Source: Anaerolineae bacterium | Lineage (GTDB): Bacteria; Chloroflexota; Anaerolineae; S140-20 | DNA: 64,000 bases | Direction: 5' to 3' | Assembly (NCBI GenBank): GCA_027021705.1 | Contig: JALUTT010000145.1 | Span: forward strand, 64,001-128,000 | Shown: positions 53,731 through 61,757 of the stretch, piece by piece | Layout of the letters: the number at the start of each line of letters is the position of its first letter | Position numbering within the stretch: the stretch's first letter is position 1 | The notes under the pieces: model-generated | Databases searched by the model: none | Told to the model about the DNA's origin: nothing | The model's input: only the letters and a program-made list of their open reading frames with translations | Position numbers and translations under genes: made by a program

Positions 53731-55314
53731 CTATAGCGTGATCTGGCGGACGGTTCGCACCTGAGGCAGGGCCTCGATGGCGGCCAGGACGGCGTCGGGA
53801 GCGGCCTCGTCCAGGGTGATCACGGAGAAGGCTTCGCCACCGGGAGCCGTCCGGCCCGTCCGCCACTCGGCGATGTTGATCTGGTGATCTCCCAGAATGG
53901 TGCCCACCCGTCCGATGACGCCGGGGATGTCCCGGCTCTGCATCACCAGCAGCGTGCCCTCGGGGCAGAAGTCGAGCCGATAGGGGCCGACCTGGACGAT
54001 GTGGGGCTCGTGGCGGCTGAAGAGGGTGCCGGCGATCTGCTGTTCCCCCTCGCTCCCGACGGCGTGGCAGGCGATCAGGTTGGGGTAGTCGGGGGTCTCC
54101 AGACCCCGCGTCTGGGAGAGGGCGATCCCCCGCTCCGTCGCCAGCAAGGGGGCGTTGATGTAGTTGACCACCTCGCCCAGGAAAGGGCTGAGCAGCCCTT
54201 TGAGCAGGGCGATGGTCAGCGGCTTGACCTGCTCGGCGATCTCCTCCCCCTTGACCTCGACCTCGATCCGGCGGATGCGGCCCGGGGCCAGCAGGGCCAG
54301 GAGGCGTCCCATCTTCTCGGCCAGCTCCAGGTAGGGGCGGAGCCGGGCGAAGCCGGGGCCGGCGACGAAGGGCAGGTTGACGGCGTTGCGGTAGTCCTCA
54401 CCCCGCAGGGCCTTCAGCACCTGGTCGGCGATCTGGGTAGAGACGTCCCGCTGGGCCTCGACGGTGCTGGCCCCCAGGTGGGGGGTGTGGACGACGTTGG
54501 GCAGGCCGATGAGGGGGTTGTTGATGGGCGGTTCCACGCTGTAGACGTCCAGGGCAGCCCCGGCCACGTGACCGCTCCGGAGGGCTTCGTAGAGGGCCGT
54601 CTCGTCAATGATGCCGCCTCGGGCGCAGTTGACCAGCCGGACGCCGGGCTTCATCATCGCGATCTCCTCCCGCCCGATCATCCCTCGCGTCTCCGGCGTC
54701 AACGTGGTGTGGACGGTGATGATGTCGGCGGTCTGGAGGAGTTCCTCCAGCGTCACCACCCGCACTTTCATATCGAGGGCCACCTCTTCGCTGATGTAGG
54801 GGTCGTAGGCGACGACCTCCATCCCGAAGGCCTGAGCCCGCGCCGCCACCTGGCGTCCGATCCGACCGAAGCCGATGATGCCCAGCCGTTTGTGGTAGAG
54901 CTGGATGCCGAGAAAGCGCTGGCGATCCCATTCCCCTCGGGCCAGGGAGGCGTGAGCCTGGGGTAGGTGGCGACAGAGGGCCAGGATGAGGGCCATCGTC
55001 TGCTCGGCCGTGGCGATGACGTTGGCCTGGGGGGTGTTCATCACGAGGATACCCCGGGCCGTCGCCCGCTCCAGGTCCACGTTGTCCAGGCCGATGCCGG
55101 CCCGCCCGATGACCTTAAGCCGCCGGGCCCGATCCAGCACCTCGGCGTCCACCCGGGTCCCGCTGCGGATGATGAGGGCGTCGTAGTCGCCGATGATTTC
55201 TAGCAGACGTTCCCGGCCTACCTTGCCTGGGGCGTCTACGTGGACGTCAGGAGCGGCCCGGAGCCGTTCCAGGCCGGCTGGGGAGAGCGGGTCGCTGACC
55301 AGAATGCGGAACAT
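53731..55314 (-). CDS. serA: D-3-phosphoglycerate dehydrogenase (long form with ASB and ACT domains)
   Basis: GRAGIGLDNVD, GIIGFGRIG, NCARGGIIDE, TPHLGAST.EAQ, ACT domain DIPGVIG.VGTILG..INIA. Confidence 0.96.
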   Translation of the reverse strand: MFRILVSDPLSPAGLERLRAAPDVHVDAPGKVGRERLLEIIGDYDALIIRSGTRVDAEVLDRARRLKVIGRAGIGLDNVDLERATARGILVMNTPQANVIATAEQTMALILALCRHLPQAHASLARGEWDRQRFLGIQLYHKRLGIIGFGRIGRQVAARAQAFGMEVVAYDPYISEEVALDMKVRVVTLEELLQTADIITVHTTLTPETRGMIGREEIAMMKPGVRLVNCARGGIIDETALYEALRSGHVAGAALDVYSVEPPINNPLIGLPNVVHTPHLGASTVEAQRDVSTQIADQVLKALRGEDYRNAVNLPFVAGPGFARLRPYLELAEKMGRLLALLAPGRIRRIEVEVKGEEIAEQVKPLTIALLKGLLSPFLGEVVNYINAPLLATERGIALSQTRGLETPDYPNLIACHAVGSEGEQQIAGTLFSRHEPHIVQVGPYRLDFCPEGTLLVMQSRDIPGVIGRVGTILGDHQINIAEWRTGRTAPGGEAFSVITLDEAAPDAVLAAIEALPQVRTVRQITL

Positions 55315-55350
55315 ATCGCGCTCCACACCTCACGCTTTGTGTTTCACGTC

Positions 55351-56421
55351 TCACGCGATGAACGCATCTATGCGCTCCAGCAGGGCCTCGATCTCACCCT
55401 GGGTCACGTCGCCCATATGGGCGATGCGGAAGGTCTGGCCCTTGAGACGACCGTAGCCGTTGGAGATGAGCATCCCGTGGCGGCGCAGGAAGCGGTTGAG
55501 CGCCTCCACGTCTATCCCCCGGGTGTTGGTGATGGCGGTGACGGTGGGGCTCTCGTAGCCGGCCTCGGCGAAGAGGGCGAAGCGCTGGCGGGCCCACTCC
55601 TGCACCCGCCGGGCCAGGGCGGCGTGGCGGGCGAAGCGGGCTTCCAGCCCCTCGGCCAGGATGCGGTCGAGCTGTCGGTCGAGGGCGAAGAGGTGGGGGA
55701 TGGCCGGGGTGGCCGGCGTCTGGTTGCGGGCCAGGTACTTCTCGAAGACGAGGAAGTCGAAGTAGTACCCCCGGTGGGCAACCTCTTTGGCCCGCGCCAG
55801 GGCCCGGTCGGAGACGGCGGCCAGGGCGATGCCGGCGGGCAGGGCCAGCGCCTTCTGGGAAGAGGTCAGGCAGACGTCAATGCCCCACCGGTCCACCTCG
55901 ATGGGCGTCCCACCCAGGGAGCTCACCGCGTCCACCAGCAACAGCGTCTCCGGGTAGTCGGCCACCACCTGGGCGATCTCCGGCAGGGGGTTCAGAAGGC
56001 CGGTGCTCGTCTCGTTGTGGACGAGGGCGACGGCGTCGAAGGGGCCGTCCCGGAGGGCTTCGGCGATCTGGTCCGGGCGGATGGCCTTCCCCCAGGGCGC
56101 TTCGACGACGACGACCTCTTTGCCGTTGGCCCGGCTGACCTCGGCCCAGCGCTGGCCGAAGGCCCCGTTGACGGCGTGGAGGATGCGTCGGCCCTCCCGG
56201 ACGCAGTTCCGGCTGGCGGCCTCCTGCAGGCCGGTGCCGGAGGAGGTGGAAACGTAGACGCGGTGCCGGGTGGCGAAGAGCTGGCGCAGGCGGGGCTGGA
56301 GTCGGGCGAAGAGGTCGGCAAATTCCGGCGTGCGGTGGCCGATCTGGGGCTGACTCAGCGCGGCCAGGACGTCGGGATGGACCTGGGTGGGGCCGGGGAT
56401 GAAGAGTCGCGGCACGGCCAT
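55351..56421 (-). CDS. Class V PLP aminotransferase (alanine-glyoxylate/serine-pyruvate family; probably supplies phosphoserine aminotransferase function with serA)
   Basis: FIPGPT, HNETSTG, VDAVSS, SSQKALALPAG, FRIAHMG; directly upstream of serA. Confidence 0.92.
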   Translation of the reverse strand: MAVPRLFIPGPTQVHPDVLAALSQPQIGHRTPEFADLFARLQPRLRQLFATRHRVYVSTSSGTGLQEAASRNCVREGRRILHAVNGAFGQRWAEVSRANGKEVVVVEAPWGKAIRPDQIAEALRDGPFDAVALVHNETSTGLLNPLPEIAQVVADYPETLLLVDAVSSLGGTPIEVDRWGIDVCLTSSQKALALPAGIALAAVSDRALARAKEVAHRGYYFDFLVFEKYLARNQTPATPAIPHLFALDRQLDRILAEGLEARFARHAALARRVQEWARQRFALFAEAGYESPTVTAITNTRGIDVEALNRFLRRHGMLISNGYGRLKGQTFRIAHMGDVTQGEIEALLERIDAFIA

Positions 56422-56454
56422 GCCTTCTCCTCTTGGGGCGGTAGTACCTTGGGG

Positions 56455-56574
56455 GTATCTATTCAGCCTACCCTCCCGCAGGTCACCGGTCGAGGGCGCT
56501 TTCAGCCCCGATGAGCTATTTGAAGCACGGTTTCGCGTCGGAAACGCGCCTAACCTGCGGGAGGGTAAGCAGTT
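56455..56574 (-). mobile_element. MITE-1 copy F (about 120 bp, 2 nt lost at one end)
   Basis: Flanks CCTTGGGG (56447-56454) and CTTGGGG (56575-56581); same interior as the other copies. Confidence 0.9.
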
Positions 56575-56584
56575 CTTGGGGGAG

Positions 56585-56613
56585 ATTATACCTTGCCTGA
56601 GGGGGGACGTCAA
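56585..56613 (-). promoter_or_regulatory. sigma70 promoter of the aminotransferase-serA operon
   Basis: TTGACG-17bp-TATAAT. Confidence 0.8.
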
Positions 56614-56624
56614 ACCAAGAGGAA

Positions 56625-56781
56625 GCGGTGATTACCCACAAGTGAGCGAGAGAGTGGTCCGTAGCGGGCCGTCCACGAATTTCTCACCAATGCACGAATG
56701 AGGCGGTCCTTAATTCGTGTATTCGTGCCCCCTTCGTGGACGGCTAGTCTCCCTATCTCCAAAGATATGGGTAATCACCGG
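56625..56781 (+). mobile_element. MITE-2 full copy (157 bp)
   Basis: TIRs GCGGTGATTACCCA / TGGGTAATCACCGG; perfect 8-bp TSD AAGAGGAA (56617-56624 and 56782-56789); internal palindrome GCCGTCCACGAA...TTCGTGGACGGC. Confidence 0.9.
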
Positions 56782-56883
56782 AAGAGGAACAGGTCTCTCG
56801 GACTGGCTGGAAACGGGAAACCCGTGTAAAATTACCCCTCGGTTCGTATGGACCTACACCGGCCTCGGCCAACCATCGGAGCG

Positions 56884-59358
56884 ATGACCTCTCTGCCATC
56901 CATCCGCAAGCGATTCCCCCTCCTCGTCCTGTTGCTGCTGGGGGTCATCTTCGCCCAGACCAGCGGGAGTGCCGCCCGTACCTCTCTGACCATTGACGAA
57001 GGGCTGCACGTCACCAGCGGCTACACGATGCTGCGCACAGGGGATTTCCGCCTCGTCGAGGAGCACCCGCCCCTGGTCAAGGAGCTGGTGGCCCTGCCTT
57101 TGCTGCTGGTGCCCGGCCTGCCCGACCCGACCACTCTGCCCGGCTGGGAGTCCGACGTGACCGTGCTTGACAGCGTGCGGCTGGTGCGGGCGGCCCAGGC
57201 GCTCATCTACCCCTACCGGCCCATAGACCGGCTGGTCTTCGCCGCCCGGCTGCCGGTGGCCCTGCTGACCGTGTTGTTGGGGGCCGTCGTCTTCCGCTGG
57301 GCCGCCGACCTGTGGGGCCGGCGCGGGGGGCTCCTGGCCCTCTTCCTGCTCGCCTTCGACCCCAACGTTCTGGCCCACGGGGCTGTGGCGGGCACCGATC
57401 TGGGGGCGGCCTTCTTCATCACCCTGGCCCTCTTCGCCCTGGCCCGTTTCCTGCGCCGGCCCACGACCCCGCGCCTGCTCCTGGCCGGCGTGACGCTGGG
57501 ACTGGCCCAGGGGGCCAAGCTGTCGGGTCTCCTCCTGCTCCCCATCGTGCTCCTCCTGGGGGTGCTGGCCCTCCCCGGCCGGAGGCGGCTTGCTCTGCTG
57601 CTCCTCTTCCTCGTCGCCGGCCTGACCCTTTGGGCACTCTACGGCTTCGAGGTGGGGGCGGTCCCCGGCCTGCCCTTCCCCGTCCCGGCGGCCAGCCACC
57701 GCATCCCCTGGCTGCGCCTGCGTCAGCACGCCGCCGGAGGGCACGCCGCTTTCCTGATGGGGGAGGTGCGCTGGAGAGGGTGGTGGTACTACTTCCCCGT
57801 CGCCTTCGCCCTCAAGACCCCCCTGCCGACCCTGCTCCTGCTCGCCTACGGCCTGTTGCGCCTCGCGCGCCGCGCAACTTGCAACTTGCCCCTTGCCCCT
57901 TGCCCCTTGCGACTTGCCCCTTGCCCCTTGCCCCTTGCCCCTTGCGACTTGCGACTCCTTGCCTCTCTCATCCTCTTCTCCGCCCTCTACGCCTTCCTGA
58001 CCCTCTTCAGTCCTCTGAACATCGGCTACCGTCACCTGCTCCCCCTGCTTCCCCTGCTCCACATCCTCATCGCTGGGCTCGCCGCCGGCGGGCTGCCGAC
58101 CGCTCACCGCGAGAGGTGGAGCGCGAAATCCATCCCACGCCTTGCCCTTTTCGCCCTCCTCGTCTGGTACGCCGTCGGCACGCTCCGCCTCGCCCCCCAC
58201 TACCTGGCCTACTTCAACGAACTGGCGGGAGGGCCCGATGGCGGCTGGCGGTACCTGGCCGACTCCAACACCGATTGGGGCCAGGGGTACAAAGACCTGG
58301 CCCGCTTCCAGCGGGAGCGGGGGCTGGGCAAGGTGCGCCTCTCGGCTTTCATCTTCTACGATCCGGCCATCTACGGCGTGGACTACGAGCCGCTGACGCC
58401 GATGGGAGGGGATACGCCGCCCCTCTTCCCCTCCCGTTTCAACCCGCCGCCGGGCGACTACGTCATCAGCGCCACGACGCTGGACGGCATTCCTCTGGCC
58501 GACCCGGAGATGTACGACTGGTTCCGGCGGCGCGAGCCCGACGCCCGTATCGCCCACGTGCTCTTCTACTACCACGTGCCCGCCCCAGACCCCACCCCCA
58601 CCTGGGCAGCCCAGTGCACCGTCCCGGTGACCCCGCTGACGCCGGAGGCGGCGGCCGAGGGCTTTGGCCGCTCCGACCTGCGGATGCCGGCCTTCGACTG
58701 CACCCAAAGCTGGCTCTACCCCGATGGAGGGCGCTCGGCCGGCTGGTACGTCCTCCCCCGGGAGCGGGTCCTGGAGGCCGATCCCTTCCTCCGCCAGCGC
58801 CTGGCCTCGGCCCGCCTCAGCTTCGAGCAGAAGGTGCCGAAGGCCATCCCCCCCTTCGCCATCTTCGCCTGGTCCCCCACGACGGTCGCCCTTCCGGCGG
58901 GGCCGGGGGACCTGCGGGCCGCCTCGGGCGAGGGGCCGACCGCTCAGGTGGCGGCCCAGGCCCCCCCTGTCGTCGCGCCGGTTCCCCTGGAAGGACCGCT
59001 CACCTTCCTGGGGTACGAAGTCGCCCAGGAGGACCGGGTGGTCACCCTGGTCACCTACTGGCAGGTGACCGGGCGTCCCGACCGCCCCTTCTCCCTGATG
59101 GCCCACCTGCTGGGGGCGGATGGGCGTCCGGTGGCCGTGGGGGATGGGCTGGGGATCGCCTGGGACCAGTTGCAGCCGGGGGACCTGCTGGTGGAACGCC
59201 ATCGCCTCTCCCTGCCGCCCGAGGCACCGGCCGGCCCCTACCGGCTCCAGACGGGAGCCTACTGGTTGGGCACGATGGAGCGGTGGCCCGTCCTGTCGGA
59301 GGGGAAGCCCGTGGGAGACCGCCTCCTGCTCGCGACCGTGGAGGTTCCGCCGCGATGA
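56884..59358 (+). CDS. GT-C glycosyltransferase (PMT/ArnT-like) with C-terminal extracytoplasmic domain, paralog 1
   Basis: LTIDEGLH, EHPPLVK, FDPN.LAHG..TD, KTPLP, NIGYRHLLP, YLAYFNE, DSNTDWGQ. Confidence 0.88.
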   Translation: MTSLPSIRKRFPLLVLLLLGVIFAQTSGSAARTSLTIDEGLHVTSGYTMLRTGDFRLVEEHPPLVKELVALPLLLVPGLPDPTTLPGWESDVTVLDSVRLVRAAQALIYPYRPIDRLVFAARLPVALLTVLLGAVVFRWAADLWGRRGGLLALFLLAFDPNVLAHGAVAGTDLGAAFFITLALFALARFLRRPTTPRLLLAGVTLGLAQGAKLSGLLLLPIVLLLGVLALPGRRRLALLLLFLVAGLTLWALYGFEVGAVPGLPFPVPAASHRIPWLRLRQHAAGGHAAFLMGEVRWRGWWYYFPVAFALKTPLPTLLLLAYGLLRLARRATCNLPLAPCPLRLAPCPLPLAPCDLRLLASLILFSALYAFLTLFSPLNIGYRHLLPLLPLLHILIAGLAAGGLPTAHRERWSAKSIPRLALFALLVWYAVGTLRLAPHYLAYFNELAGGPDGGWRYLADSNTDWGQGYKDLARFQRERGLGKVRLSAFIFYDPAIYGVDYEPLTPMGGDTPPLFPSRFNPPPGDYVISATTLDGIPLADPEMYDWFRRREPDARIAHVLFYYHVPAPDPTPTWAAQCTVPVTPLTPEAAAEGFGRSDLRMPAFDCTQSWLYPDGGRSAGWYVLPRERVLEADPFLRQRLASARLSFEQKVPKAIPPFAIFAWSPTTVALPAGPGDLRAASGEGPTAQVAAQAPPVVAPVPLEGPLTFLGYEVAQEDRVVTLVTYWQVTGRPDRPFSLMAHLLGADGRPVAVGDGLGIAWDQLQPGDLLVERHRLSLPPEAPAGPYRLQTGAYWLGTMERWPVLSEGKPVGDRLLLATVEVPPR
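57871..57954 (+). repeat. Intragenic heptamer tandem repeat (CTTGCNN)x11 plus one degenerate unit
   Basis: CGCGCAA, CTTGCAA, (CTTGCCC)3, CTTGCGA, (CTTGCCC)4, (CTTGCGA)2; 84 bp in total, in frame. Confidence 0.95.
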
Positions 59359-61757
59359 CCAGGCCGAAGCTGCACCTCTACCTGGCCCTCCCGCTCCTGC
59401 TCGTCTTCTTCGCCCAGACGATGCATGCGTCGCGGCGGCTCTCCCTCACCTACGACGAGCCCATCTACACCGCCCTGGGGTACGCCGACTGGGTGACGAG
59501 GGACCCCCGCTGGCACCAGGTCATCGGCCATCCGCCGCTGGTGAACCTGCTGACCTCCTGGCCGCTGCTCCTGGGGCCGACCCACCCCGACCCCACCCAG
59601 ATGCCCGGCTGGGGGACCGAGGATGCCCTGGGCTTCAGCCGGGCGCTGGTGGTTCAGTTGGGTTCTCTGGACCGCGTCGCCCTGGTCACCCGGCTGCCGG
59701 TGATGGGGCTGGCGTTGCTGCTGGCGGCCCTCGTCTACCGCTGGGCCCAGCAGACCTGGGGCGGGGCGGCCGGCCTGCTGGCCCTGGGGCTGTACGTCTT
59801 CGATCCCGCCCTCCTGGCCCACGGCCAACTCAACACCACCGACATGGGGGTGACCGCCTTCGGCGTGATAGGGTGCTACGCGCTGGCCCGCTACCTGCGG
59901 CGCCCCTCCCGATGGGCTTTCCTGGGTGCCGGGCTGGCCCTGGGCGCGGCCCTGGCCAGCAAGGCGTCGGGACCCTTCTGGTTGGGGGCGGCCGGCCTGG
60001 TGATGGCGCTCTACTGGCGTCCCGAGTTCAGACCGGGCCGACGGCTCGTCCTCCTGCGGCGGTGGCTGGTCCGGCTGGCCGGGCTGGTGGGCATAGCCTT
60101 GTTCGTGCTGTGGGCGGCCTACCTCTTCGAGACCCGGCCCCTGACCCCCGGGGGCCTGCCCATCCCGGCGGCCTCCCACTGGGCCGGACTGCCCTACATC
60201 CGCGCCTACCTGGCGACGGGCCAGACGACCTTCCTGGCCGGTCGGCTGATCCCCGGTGGCCACTGGGGTTACTTTCCCCTGGCCTTGCTGCTCAAGACCC
60301 CTCTGCCCACCCTGATCGGGCTGCTGCTGGCCCTCGGGGTGACGCTGCGGCACGGCCTTGGGCCGCGCTGGAGCGCGGTGCCGCTCGCCGTCGTCCCTCT
60401 CGTCTACTTGGCCCTGGCGATGCTGACCGCCCTGAACATCGGCCACCGGCACCTGCTGCCGCTGATGCCCTTTCTCTTCATCTTCATCGCCCGTCTCGCT
60501 GCCCCTCACGCGGCAGGCGACAGGCAACGGACTTTACGCTTTACGCCTCACCTTTCGCGCCTCCTCGGGGTCGGCTTGCTCGCCTGGTACCTCATCGGCA
60601 CGCTTCGGGTCGCGCCCCACTACCTAGCCTACTTCAACGAACTGGCCGGCGGCCCCGACGGTGGCTATCGCTACCTGGCCGACTCCAGCCTGGACTGGGG
60701 GCAAGCCCTGAAGGCCCTGAAGCGGTATCAGGACGAGCAGGGCGGTGAGACGATGCGGCTGGCGGCCTTCTCCTCCCTCGACCCGGCCCTCTACGGCCTG
60801 CGCTTCGAGCCCATCCCCCCGACGGTGGGGGCCCCCATCACGCTGACCGCCCGCTTCAACCCGGCGCCGGGTCTGTACGCCATCAGCGTCACCCCGCTGC
60901 AGGGCGTCTGGGTGCTGGACCCGGACACCTATGACTGGTTCCGCCATCGGGAGCCGGTGGCCCGCGTCGGTCACGTGCTCTTTGTCTACCGGGTGGAGCC
61001 GCCTGCGCCGGCACCGACCTGGGTGGCCCAGTGCGCGGCCCCCACACCGCCCCTGAGCGCCGAGCAGGTGGCCGAGGGCTTTGGGATCGCCGGCCTGCGG
61101 CTGCTGGCCTTCGACTGCCGGCAGAGCTGGCTCTACCCGACTGGCGGCCCGGGCTGGTACGTGCTGCCCGAGAGGCCGACCGATGAGGGGTGGGTCCGGG
61201 AGCGGCTGGCCCAGGCCCGGCTTTCCTTTGCCCAGCGGGAGCACTGGTCCCACCGGGCCCTTGCCATCTACACCTGGGCGGGTGAGGGGGAGGCCCTGGC
61301 GTCCTTGAGACGCGACGCCTCCTTGCCCGGTGATGGGACGCCGACCGGCCAGGAGTCTCCCGTGGAAGCGCCGATCCGGCTGGACGGCCCGCTGACCTTT
61401 CTGGGCTACTGGGTGGCGGGGGAGACCGCCGCGCCGGGGCAGACGGTGGAACTGACGACCGTCTGGCGGGTGGAGGAGCGGCCGGCCCGTCCCCTCTCCC
61501 TGATGGCCCACCTGGTGCGGGCGGACGGCGTGCCCATCGTCGTCGGCGATGGGATGGGGGTGCCCGTCGAGCAGTGGCAGCCGGGGGACATCCTCGTGCA
61601 GCGCCATCGGCTTCCCATTCCCCCGGGGACGCCGCCGGGCCGCTACCGGCTCCAGACGGGGGCCTACTGGCTGGACACGATGGCCCGCTTCCCGGTCCTG
61701 GTGGAGGGACGGCCGACCGGGGACCGGCTGCTGTTGGCGACCGTGGAGGTTCGATGA
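59355..61757 (+). CDS. GT-C glycosyltransferase, paralog 2
   Basis: LTYDEPIY, GHPPL, FDP.LLAHG.L.TTD, KTPLP, NIGHRHLLP, YLAYFNE, DSSLDWGQ; ATGA coupling to paralog 1. Confidence 0.88.
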   Translation: MTRPKLHLYLALPLLLVFFAQTMHASRRLSLTYDEPIYTALGYADWVTRDPRWHQVIGHPPLVNLLTSWPLLLGPTHPDPTQMPGWGTEDALGFSRALVVQLGSLDRVALVTRLPVMGLALLLAALVYRWAQQTWGGAAGLLALGLYVFDPALLAHGQLNTTDMGVTAFGVIGCYALARYLRRPSRWAFLGAGLALGAALASKASGPFWLGAAGLVMALYWRPEFRPGRRLVLLRRWLVRLAGLVGIALFVLWAAYLFETRPLTPGGLPIPAASHWAGLPYIRAYLATGQTTFLAGRLIPGGHWGYFPLALLLKTPLPTLIGLLLALGVTLRHGLGPRWSAVPLAVVPLVYLALAMLTALNIGHRHLLPLMPFLFIFIARLAAPHAAGDRQRTLRFTPHLSRLLGVGLLAWYLIGTLRVAPHYLAYFNELAGGPDGGYRYLADSSLDWGQALKALKRYQDEQGGETMRLAAFSSLDPALYGLRFEPIPPTVGAPITLTARFNPAPGLYAISVTPLQGVWVLDPDTYDWFRHREPVARVGHVLFVYRVEPPAPAPTWVAQCAAPTPPLSAEQVAEGFGIAGLRLLAFDCRQSWLYPTGGPGWYVLPERPTDEGWVRERLAQARLSFAQREHWSHRALAIYTWAGEGEALASLRRDASLPGDGTPTGQESPVEAPIRLDGPLTFLGYWVAGETAAPGQTVELTTVWRVEERPARPLSLMAHLVRADGVPIVVGDGMGVPVEQWQPGDILVQRHRLPIPPGTPPGRYRLQTGAYWLDTMARFPVLVEGRPTGDRLLLATVEVR

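Noticed and set aside
57312..59354. N-terminal extension of the 1481-aa ORF, and similar extensions of 9624..11429, 23382..25538, 26465..29329 and 61574..63988
   Set aside because: Off-frame read-through of upstream genes in high-GC DNA; the true starts are at ATGA/TGATG overlaps.
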